DNA of 64,000 nucleotides from Candidatus Doudnabacteria bacterium (lineage in GTDB: Bacteria; Patescibacteriota; Doudnabacteria; UBA920; VMFF01): contig JAQBQP010000001.1 in assembly GCA_028286905.1 (NCBI GenBank), positions 15,114 through 79,113 of the forward strand, in the 5' to 3' direction. Positions within the stretch are counted from its first letter, which is position 1. Every line of letters starts with the position of its first letter. Below, piece by piece: positions 49,597-57,651 of this stretch. The position numbers were made by a program, and so were the translations under genes. Under the pieces are notes generated by a model. It was not told the origin of the DNA and made no database searches. It saw nothing but the letters and a program-made list of their open reading frames with translations.

Positions 49597-50595
49597 TTAT
49601 TTAAGCACTTTTTCAATATTCAATCGCGGAGCAAACTTTGCTGTTTTATTTGTATATCCTAAACGTAAAAACATTTGCGGCCTTGTATCAAGGTTTAGAA
49701 CTTTTTGGATATCTTTATAAAATTCTCCTACTTCAATTGGAGCGCCTAGCGGTGATATTTTCACATTCTCTTTTTCTGCCATCAAAGCAATTCTTTCAAA
49801 GACCCTACCAGTATTAACCCAACTTTCTTTATTATCCTCAGCACTGCTAAGAATTACAAAGGCCGGAGTTTTATTTAATAAAACAGTGTCCATTTTCTTT
49901 TGCTGCTTGCCCATTTTGCTATTCTTCAAAATTTTTGGAAAAACTAAAGACAATAAAAAAGGCATCCCTAAAGTGTAGCCGGGCATGCCATCATCATATC
50001 TATTAAGACTCGGCCTGACCCAAGCAGACAGCTCGTTTCTAAAACTTTGATCATCCAAAGCTACTTCGGCTGCACTAGCTACAATCTCTGTGATTTGTTT
50101 CTTCTGAGATTCTGCTATTACAAAATTAACTTGGACCATCGGATCGAGGTTTTTCAGCTTATCTAAGAAATTTTGGTCCGGAATTCTAGGTTCAAAAGGA
50201 AAACGATTGCTTTGACGGGTCAAAATATATTTTACCAAACTAGAGTCTTTTGGAGTTGCTGTCCTAAAATTAAAAATGCTAACAAGATTAGAGTCATTCA
50301 AATTTAAAGGATCGCTACTTACCTCGAAACCAAAGTGTTCTGCCGCAATTATCAAATTCTCAATTGCCGCTCCAATACTCAAATACATTTGTCTTCGCGT
50401 CGGATCGGAATAAGATAACTCCCTGCTTGGATTAATGTAAAGCTCAATCTTGTCTGAAACAATTTTAAAAAGCCATGGTTGAGTGTTATGACTGGATGGT
50501 GCAAGCGCGGCAAATTTAATTAAATGTTTTAACTTTTCTGCTGAGCTTAGACCTGCGAAATATTTCAAATCTAAACTTGGATTTTCCGGACGCAT
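49597..50595 (-). CDS. nitroreductase-superfamily protein, two-domain (Acg-like) form
   Basis: 332 aa. APSSHNTQPW signature near the N-terminus, with a second nitroreductase-like half. Confidence 0.55.
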   Translation of the reverse strand: MRPENPSLDLKYFAGLSSAEKLKHLIKFAALAPSSHNTQPWLFKIVSDKIELYINPSRELSYSDPTRRQMYLSIGAAIENLIIAAEHFGFEVSSDPLNLNDSNLVSIFNFRTATPKDSSLVKYILTRQSNRFPFEPRIPDQNFLDKLKNLDPMVQVNFVIAESQKKQITEIVASAAEVALDDQSFRNELSAWVRPSLNRYDDGMPGYTLGMPFLLSLVFPKILKNSKMGKQQKKMDTVLLNKTPAFVILSSAEDNKESWVNTGRVFERIALMAEKENVKISPLGAPIEVGEFYKDIQKVLNLDTRPQMFLRLGYTNKTAKFAPRLNIEKVLK

Positions 50596-50658
50596 TTATT
50601 TTTGTTTTATTTTCATTAAGGCCTGTTTATAAGGATATTATACCATACTCAGTACGAT

Positions 50659-51987
50659 TTATGACCTCAACAGTTTTTTAACCTGCTTCACTAAATCTTT
50701 AGCTTTTAATTCGACTTGCTTTCTGGTTTTCAAGTCCCGTACAGTGACTTGCCCTTTTTTCTTTTCATTTTCGCCAAACAATATAGCGTAAGGGATAGAT
50801 TTAGCTTCCGCAAAAGTAAACTGCTTTTTCATATCCGCTTGCTGATAGTAAACTTCGGAGTTAATCCCAGCGGCACGAAGTTCGGTAACAATATTTATGT
50901 AGTCTGCTTCCAATTCTTTATTCATATTTAAGATCAGAACATCAACGACATTCTGCTTATCAACCAAATTCAATTCAAGCATTGCGCTAAACAAACGATC
51001 GATACCGATTGAGATACCAACTGCAGGGATATCCTTGCCAGTAAATAAATTAATTAATTTATCATAACGTCCCCCGCCAGCTACAGAACTAAAGCTTCCT
51101 TCTTTGCTCTTTTCTAAAATTGCCGCTTCAAAAATAGTTGAAGTATAATAATCCATCCCTCTAGCTAAGGCCAAATCAATTTCCAGATTTTTAACACCCA
51201 TCTCCTTAAGGACCATAAAAACTTTATTCAACTCTTCAAAACCTTGCTGGCCTTGCGGCTGCTTCAAAATATATTTATTCATAAATACTTTCAACGCACC
51301 GACATCAGGAACTTTTGTTGAGGTTAATCTGATCAATCCTTCTGCTTCATTGACAGTCATGCCAATTTTTTCTTGCAGTTCAGCAGAAACAGCCTTGGCG
51401 CCAATCTTATCTATTTTATCGATTGCCCGAATCGCCACAACAATTTTATCAGCAGGAACTTTGGCAGTCAGCATTATTGCATTCAATATTTTGCGATTGC
51501 TAATTTTAATCTTAAATTTCTTAATACCGAGTTCTCTTATAATTTGCTCGGCGATGGCGATACATTCGGCATCTGCAATACCTACCTCTGCTCCAACAAC
51601 ATCAGCATCACATTGATAAAATTCCCGGTACCGGCCACGTTGGGTATTTTCTGCACGCCAAACCGGCGCAATCTGGTAGCGTTTAAAAAACTTTGGTAAT
51701 TCATTTGAATACTGTGCGACAACGCGTGCCAAAGGAACAGTAAGGTCATAGCGCATTGCAACTTTACGATCGCCATTATCTTTAAAGCGATACATTAACA
51801 TTTCGCCTTCTTCGCCATACTTTCCGGTTAAAACATCTTCATGTTCAAGTACTGGAGTATCAAGCGGCTCAAAGCCAAAACGTTCAAATACTAGTTTGAT
51901 CTTTTCAAGCATTCGGGCACGAACGATCTGATCTTTCGGTAGATAATCTCTAAAGCCCTTTAAATTGCGCGGTTCTATTAATTTCAT
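50659..51987 (-). CDS. hisS: histidine--tRNA ligase
   Basis: 442 aa. Class II motifs and N-terminal RNLKGFRDYLP. Confidence 0.9.
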   Translation of the reverse strand: MKLIEPRNLKGFRDYLPKDQIVRARMLEKIKLVFERFGFEPLDTPVLEHEDVLTGKYGEEGEMLMYRFKDNGDRKVAMRYDLTVPLARVVAQYSNELPKFFKRYQIAPVWRAENTQRGRYREFYQCDADVVGAEVGIADAECIAIAEQIIRELGIKKFKIKISNRKILNAIMLTAKVPADKIVVAIRAIDKIDKIGAKAVSAELQEKIGMTVNEAEGLIRLTSTKVPDVGALKVFMNKYILKQPQGQQGFEELNKVFMVLKEMGVKNLEIDLALARGMDYYTSTIFEAAILEKSKEGSFSSVAGGGRYDKLINLFTGKDIPAVGISIGIDRLFSAMLELNLVDKQNVVDVLILNMNKELEADYINIVTELRAAGINSEVYYQQADMKKQFTFAEAKSIPYAILFGENEKKKGQVTVRDLKTRKQVELKAKDLVKQVKKLLRS

Positions 51988-52003
51988 ATGGTTATTTTAG
52001 CAT

Positions 52004-52048
52004 AAAAAGAAAAGAACCTCACTACACACCTGGAAGGTGTGAGCGAGG
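52004..52048 (-). terminator. terminator of the high-GC lipoprotein gene
   Basis: cctcactacacacc-tggaa-ggtgtgagcgagg hairpin, followed in minus orientation by ttcttttcttttt. Confidence 0.55.
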
Positions 52049-52066
52049 CTCTCTGCTTAGAACGTC

Positions 52067-52828
52067 TTAGTGCTTGATGCGGAGGTGCAGGGTGAACGGA
52101 CAGGTGCCGACACCGACGATCCGAACTCCATGAACCTCGTCAGATTCCAACGTGCCCCACGGTGACTCGCCCCAACTGATTTTGTTGGAGCTGAGGAATG
52201 TGATGTCGTGGAAGATCGTATCGCCCGGCGCACGTACAGTCGTGATCTGGGTTCCCCCGTAGGTTCCCGAAACATTCCGGGCCGTGAACGAGCCAGACTT
52301 GCTCTGGGCGTACAAGGTGTTGCCGAGGATCACATTTGGATTCGGGCTCATCCAGGCGGTATCGTTTGGAATAACGATGTCCGCACAACTGAAGTCACCG
52401 GAGTTCAAACGGAGCGTCGTACTCACCGTCGTGGTAACCACCGGGTTCGAGGATCGGGGATCGCCGGTCGCGGTGATCAAATAGGTAATGATCGACGGCG
52501 TGTTCAAGTTGAAGTCCGCCGGCGGAGCATTTGCCTGATTGACGACGATGCTGTCACAGCCGAAGACCTTCACGGAAATCGGCAGACTAGCGTCCCGACC
52601 CAGAGCATTAGACGGTGTCCGGTCAACCTTGCAGCTGAGGGCATTAGATGCCGCCAGCAGAATGGTCGTAGTCCGGTTCAGCGTCTCGAACTTCGGGGGT
52701 GGCGGAATGACGCCGAGCGTGGGGCTAGCAGGTGGAATGGGGTTCCCGGGCTGGGTAGTTTCGCCTCCCCCTCCACAAGAAACCACCAAGAGCGCTGAAG
52801 CCGCCATGGTGCAAAAAGACTTTCTCAT
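52067..52828 (-). CDS. lipoprotein, hypothetical, encoded in a high-GC island
   Basis: 253 aa from ATG 52828 (AAGGAGGG SD lies 4 nt upstream; the track's start at 52861 lacks an SD). Signal MRKSFCTMAASALLVVSC with lipobox. GC about 57%. The plus-strand ORFs 52208..52798 and others are antisense shadows. Confidence 0.5.
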   Translation of the reverse strand: MRKSFCTMAASALLVVSCGGGGETTQPGNPIPPASPTLGVIPPPPKFETLNRTTTILLAASNALSCKVDRTPSNALGRDASLPISVKVFGCDSIVVNQANAPPADFNLNTPSIITYLITATGDPRSSNPVVTTTVSTTLRLNSGDFSCADIVIPNDTAWMSPNPNVILGNTLYAQSKSGSFTARNVSGTYGGTQITTVRAPGDTIFHDITFLSSNKISWGESPWGTLESDEVHGVRIVGVGTCPFTLHLRIKH

Positions 52829-52998
52829 ACAGCCCTCCTTGGTGGCTGAAGTGTATCGCATTTACGGATCTGTGTATTTAGACCGCGTCGTACCTTATAT
52901 ATACGGTATTTGGCAGTAAATGTCAAGGGGCTGTTTATACAAATGCTGAGAAAGGATGTTACCTTTCCCCTTTTAAAACCGTAATATACACTATAAGC

Positions 52999-53529
52999 AT
53001 GACACAAATAGATGACCAGAGCTTCAACGAGCTTTATGATCTTTATATAACAAAGATCTATAACTTCATTTATTACCGGACTCATCATAAAGAAACCGCT
53101 GAGGACTTAACCAGTAAAACTTTTGTAAAAGCCTGGGAAAATCTAAGCAAGTTTGATGATGAAAAAGGTGCTTTTTCATCATGGATATATTCGATTGCCC
53201 GCAACAACTTAATTGATCATTATCGCAAAGAAAAAGGCACTTCTGATATTGACCAAATAATCAATTTTTCTTCTTCAGAGAACATTGAACACGACACTGG
53301 ACTTAAGCTGCAGCTAGAACAAGTTGAGAAATACCTTAAGGAACTTCCTGCGGACCAAAGAGACATTGTAATTATGCGAGTTTGGGATGACCTTTCTTAC
53401 AAAGAAATCGCGGCAATTCTTAAAAAAAGCGAAGCCAGTTGCAAAATGTCTTTTTATCGAACAATGCAAAAGGTTCAGACCCACTTTCCTATTGCCATAA
53501 CATTACTTTTATTAATTAAAGCTTTCTAA
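52999..53529 (+). CDS. ECF-type RNA polymerase sigma factor (sigma-70 family regions 2 and 4)
   Basis: 176 aa. DLTSKTFVKAW...WIYSIARN (region 2) and C-terminal HTH. Confidence 0.8.
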   Translation: MTQIDDQSFNELYDLYITKIYNFIYYRTHHKETAEDLTSKTFVKAWENLSKFDDEKGAFSSWIYSIARNNLIDHYRKEKGTSDIDQIINFSSSENIEHDTGLKLQLEQVEKYLKELPADQRDIVIMRVWDDLSYKEIAAILKKSEASCKMSFYRTMQKVQTHFPIAITLLLLIKAF

Positions 53530-53531
53530 TT

Positions 53532-55106
53532 ATGAACTTACAACTACAAAACTTATTGGAAGAGCTTTATACTCTTGACCCAACACTTCGAACCCGAGAA
53601 AAAGAACTAAAGCAAATCATCGAGGTTTTACTAAAGTCCAAACCAGATATTAAACTCGATCAGAATTTTCGAGAACGTTTGCGAATCGAATTACAAAATC
53701 ATCAACCAAAACAATCGGTATTTAATTCAATAAACCAAAATAAAATGAAAAAGTTTAATATCTACTTTGGATCAGCGCTATGCCTATTACTTATAGCTGG
53801 GGCAGTAGCGCTTCAAGCAAACAAAAATAAACAGCAGCTGCAATTAGCTAATGGGACAATGCTTGGCGAAGGAAAAATCATTCGCTTGGCAGATAACGCC
53901 TTTGGTTCTCTTAATAACCCCAGTGCTGGCACAGCAGCTAATACTCAGCCAGTAGCCGCTACTCCACTAGCAAAAAGCACCCTTCAGCAAGATGTTTCTA
54001 ATTCCACAGGTTCCGCTCCTTCTTTAAAACCAATGTCTCCGATGTCTTTAAGTACTCCAGCTTCGGTTCCGCCCGCGAACCCCTTACTGAGAATTTACCA
54101 ACCTACAGAGCTGCATTATATTTATGATGGCCCTGCCATCACAATCCCAAGCGATAAATTGGAAGTGCTAAAAAAGACCGCGCTTGACCTTACGAGTACT
54201 CAACTTAATGACTCTTTAAAAAACTTAAACCTTGGGTTAATTGATTTTGGCACTTTTAAGAATCTAAACGTAGATTCATTTACAGTTTCAGAAAAAGACG
54301 GTTATAGCATTACTGTTGATCCAAAAGCCGGCACTATCAATTTATATGCTCAGAACCAAAATTATGGCGGCGGGTGTGCCATCCCATTGGCAAGCCCAAT
54401 GGCCAGTGCTGGTACAAGCTCTAGCAGCAGTGCAAATGCAATAATACGTCCGTGCATGGAATCCCAAATAAAGATTTCGGATGTTCCGGACGATCAAACA
54501 CTTATTGATGCTGCAAACAAATTTATTGCTGATCATCATATAAGTTTAAAAAATTACGGAGCTCCTGAAGTGGTTTCTGATTGGAAAATTCAATATGAGC
54601 AATCTTCTGATAAAGCAACTTTCTATATACCAACCGCTGGGACTGTTCTGTATCCCGCTCAAATTAATGGCATTGGAGTATACGATCAAAATGGCAATAA
54701 AGTTGGCATGGGCGTTGCTTTAAACTTCGCAGATCAAAAAGTTACATCGATCTCTGAACTTAATCTTGGAAATTATCAGAGTTCTCTATACAGCACCGAG
54801 ACAGATATTTCAAAAATAATGGCTATAGTAGAAAAAGGCGGCACTGATACTTATTACCCGGCTGATGCTAATGCCAAAACCGAAGATGTTCAGCTAGGCT
54901 CTCCGAAGCTTCAATTAATGACTTATTGGGATTATCAAAATAATAATTCAACTGAGCTGTTTGTACCGGCATTAATTTTCCCGATTACCAAAGCTCCAGC
55001 GGATGTGCCTATTTATAAAAAGGCTGTCGTAGTTCCTATTATAAAAGACATTTTAAGCGCACTTCCACCCCCATATCAAATTATGTTACCGGGTATAAAA
55101 AAATAA
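53532..55106 (+). CDS. putative membrane-anchored anti-sigma factor with a large extracytoplasmic domain
   Basis: 524 aa. N-terminal cytoplasmic helix, single TM at ~85-105. Translationally coupled to the ECF sigma gene. Confidence 0.4.
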   Translation: MNLQLQNLLEELYTLDPTLRTREKELKQIIEVLLKSKPDIKLDQNFRERLRIELQNHQPKQSVFNSINQNKMKKFNIYFGSALCLLLIAGAVALQANKNKQQLQLANGTMLGEGKIIRLADNAFGSLNNPSAGTAANTQPVAATPLAKSTLQQDVSNSTGSAPSLKPMSPMSLSTPASVPPANPLLRIYQPTELHYIYDGPAITIPSDKLEVLKKTALDLTSTQLNDSLKNLNLGLIDFGTFKNLNVDSFTVSEKDGYSITVDPKAGTINLYAQNQNYGGGCAIPLASPMASAGTSSSSSANAIIRPCMESQIKISDVPDDQTLIDAANKFIADHHISLKNYGAPEVVSDWKIQYEQSSDKATFYIPTAGTVLYPAQINGIGVYDQNGNKVGMGVALNFADQKVTSISELNLGNYQSSLYSTETDISKIMAIVEKGGTDTYYPADANAKTEDVQLGSPKLQLMTYWDYQNNNSTELFVPALIFPITKAPADVPIYKKAVVVPIIKDILSALPPPYQIMLPGIKK

Positions 55107-55154
55107 GCTCAAATAAAAAAACCACCGCAATTGCTGCGGTGGTTTTTTTATTTT

Positions 55155-55619
55155 TTATTTTTGTAAATAAGTTAAGGTTAGACTAGTTTTGCCATCGCTT
55201 TTTTTGTTTGCGACAACATTTACTTCAACGTTATCTTTTATCGCGTAAATGCTTTGGAGATTGGCACTGGTATGATTTTGATTTACAAGGTTATAGCCAT
55301 TGGTTTTAAAATAACTTTGATACAAACCATACAAATCCTTAGGGCTCATAGCGCTAATCAGATTAACTGTATATTGATTCTGCTTGCTGTAGTCCATGTT
55401 ATAGCTTTGATCTGGAGTAGCTTTTGAATCAAGTAACAATTCTCTTGGAAAGCCAACAATAACCTGACCAACTGGCGCATCAGTTTTCTTTGCTAAATCC
55501 TGACGAGCGAGAACGCCAGTATTTTGAGAATGTTTCTTTTGGTAAAGAACTATGCCAGTACCACCAACAATAACTACAGCTGCTAGTGTTATTAAAACAA
55601 TTTTTTGATTGCGATCCAT
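55155..55619 (-). CDS. membrane-anchored hypothetical protein (paralog of 57100..57555)
   Basis: 154 aa. N-terminal TM. C-terminal region aligns with the 151-aa paralog (PKDLYGLYQSYFKTNGY / PKELYDYYLNYVSKAGY). Confidence 0.35.
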   Translation of the reverse strand: MDRNQKIVLITLAAVVIVGGTGIVLYQKKHSQNTGVLARQDLAKKTDAPVGQVIVGFPRELLLDSKATPDQSYNMDYSKQNQYTVNLISAMSPKDLYGLYQSYFKTNGYNLVNQNHTSANLQSIYAIKDNVEVNVVANKKSDGKTSLTLTYLQK

Positions 55620-55683
55620 ACTTTTATCTTTATTTCTTATTAACTTTTGTGTGATCTAATTATATCACAAAAGCCGGGTCAAT

Positions 55684-56301
55684 TTAAAAGTCTATCCCCC
55701 GTTGTGCCAAAATACCTTTGTAATACGGGTGCTTAATCATTTTTATCTCCGAGACTAGATCAGAACAAGCAATAATGTTTTCAAAAGCGTCATGCCCGGT
55801 ATAAGCTAAGTGCAGATGCTTTGGTTTCTGTTTAACAAGCGCGACGACTTCCTTTTCTGAGAACAGGCCCAACTCAACCGCGGAAACTAGTTCATCCAAA
55901 ATAATTAAATCATATTTATCAGAATTAATTATTTTTTTTGCTAGAAGCAATCCTTTATTTGCTTCCTTAATATGCACAGAGCGCTGTTTTTTGTCTCCTA
56001 AAATTCCCACGAAGCCAGCGCCGGTTTGTTCAGTTGTAATTTTGCCGATACTTTTAACGCTGCTTTTTTTAGCAGCGTTAAAAAATAAAATTTCTGATGA
56101 AATCGGCCATTCCCCGCTTTGTAACTTCTGACCTTTGGCAGCCGCTTTAGATTTAACAAACTGCAGGATAAAAACATCCATATCCGCACCGGCAGCCCGA
56201 GCAGCCAAGCCCATTGCCGCAGTGGTCTTTCCTTTGCCCTTGCCGTAATAAAATATATTCAATCCTTTTCGTGTTTTACGAACTAATGGATTACTGCCCA
56301 T
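55684..56301 (-). CDS. cobA: cob(I)yrinic acid a,c-diamide / cob(I)alamin adenosyltransferase (CobA/BtuR type)
   Basis: 205 aa. P-loop YYGKGKGKTTAAMG and LILDEL motif. Confidence 0.7.
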   Translation of the reverse strand: MGSNPLVRKTRKGLNIFYYGKGKGKTTAAMGLAARAAGADMDVFILQFVKSKAAAKGQKLQSGEWPISSEILFFNAAKKSSVKSIGKITTEQTGAGFVGILGDKKQRSVHIKEANKGLLLAKKIINSDKYDLIILDELVSAVELGLFSEKEVVALVKQKPKHLHLAYTGHDAFENIIACSDLVSEIKMIKHPYYKGILAQRGIDF

Positions 56302-56315
56302 ATTTTTAAACTTAG

Positions 56316-57098
56316 CTATCTAACATTCAAATTAGGCGCAGTCACAGCGTGAATCGTGAAGGTTATTTGTTGTGAATTTGAAGAATTACATGTCCTAGAA
56401 TCGGTTGTATAAATATAATTCGCTCTCCAAGGGCCTCCGGGAGGAGAGCTTTGACTTGGAGGAGAGCCACTTGTAACAGCAAAATTATATGTTGCATTCC
56501 CAGGAACGCTAAAAGTTGTGTTGGTTGGATAAGCTCCACCTACACTGCTTGGGCCGCTTATATTAAAATTATTTGTACCACCCAACGAAAAATTCCCATT
56601 ATTTAAATCACCAGCAATGGTAATTGTACAAGTTACTGGAGGAGCCGAATGTTGAACGTAAAAAGTTAAGATATTTGTCCTGTATTGATCTGCAACATAA
56701 CAGCTACAACCTCCGGAATAATAGGTATTGGTATTGGCTCTTAATTGAACAGTATGAGGACCGTTTGGTAAACTTGTGTCATCCACCCCGAATTGAATTC
56801 CGGTACCGCTGTACCAGCCTGGATAATAACTTTGCACAAATAAATTATCGACATAAATTCCGTCCGTTCCATCAGAAGCAAAGCTAACTCCATTTGGCAG
56901 ATTCTGCCAGGTACCATAAACAATTAACCCTGGATCATCGGCTTGAGCACTTGAGGAATTAGTGGCTCCACCAGTAGTATTATTGGCATAATCCAAACTA
57001 CCCATCGAAGGGTAAATCGCATGAGCTGGTTTAACCGAGTAGCCAAACTGATAAACGCAAATTGCTAAAACAATTAGAGAAAATAGTGCTTTTTTCAT
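56316..57098 (-). CDS. secreted Ser/Thr/Gly/Asn-rich hypothetical protein
   Basis: 260 aa with signal peptide. Confidence 0.35.
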   Translation of the reverse strand: MKKALFSLIVLAICVYQFGYSVKPAHAIYPSMGSLDYANNTTGGATNSSSAQADDPGLIVYGTWQNLPNGVSFASDGTDGIYVDNLFVQSYYPGWYSGTGIQFGVDDTSLPNGPHTVQLRANTNTYYSGGCSCYVADQYRTNILTFYVQHSAPPVTCTITIAGDLNNGNFSLGGTNNFNISGPSSVGGAYPTNTTFSVPGNATYNFAVTSGSPPSQSSPPGGPWRANYIYTTDSRTCNSSNSQQITFTIHAVTAPNLNVR

Positions 57099-57099
57099 T

Positions 57100-57555
57100 T
57101 TACTTTTTTTTCTTAATTACGTAACTAACGACCACCTTAACATCTTTAGCTTCTTTTAAGATAACTATATTGACATCGTTAACATCGCTTGTGGCATAGA
57201 TATTGGAAATAGGCAAAGCGTACTTTTTGGTCAAAATTAAATACCCAGCTTTACTTACATAATTCAAGTAGTAATCATAAAGTTCTTTTGGAGTTTGCTG
57301 AGAAAGAATTGTGGTAGTATTGTTCTCAACTTTATCGATATTACTAACCTTACTATCTACTAACGTACCATCCTTCGGCATTAAAGCTGTAGGAAAATCA
57401 GCGGTTAACTTTACTGGCTCAGGGGTTGTATTTTGTGTTTCAGTGTTATTTGCAGCAGGGCTCGTATTCGGACGTGTTTTATAGTAGATTCCGCCAGCTG
57501 CGGCTACTAATATAAATAGCACTATCGGAATAACAATCTTTAAGATTTTACTCAT
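57100..57555 (-). CDS. membrane-anchored hypothetical protein (paralog of 55155..55619)
   Basis: 151 aa, N-terminal TM. Confidence 0.35.
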   Translation of the reverse strand: MSKILKIVIPIVLFILVAAAGGIYYKTRPNTSPAANNTETQNTTPEPVKLTADFPTALMPKDGTLVDSKVSNIDKVENNTTTILSQQTPKELYDYYLNYVSKAGYLILTKKYALPISNIYATSDVNDVNIVILKEAKDVKVVVSYVIKKKK

Positions 57556-57651
57556 TTTATTTTATACGATTATTGTTTTCTATATTATACACTTAAACCT
57601 TGGTTTAACAAAAATCGTCCTATATATTAGGACGATTTTGTTAAGATCAAT

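Noticed and set aside
52208-52798. 196-aa plus ORF and 52140..52388 minus ORF overlapping the high-GC lipoprotein gene
   Set aside because: Arg-rich antisense or out-of-frame shadows. The minus frame starting at 52828 has SD, signal peptide and lipobox.
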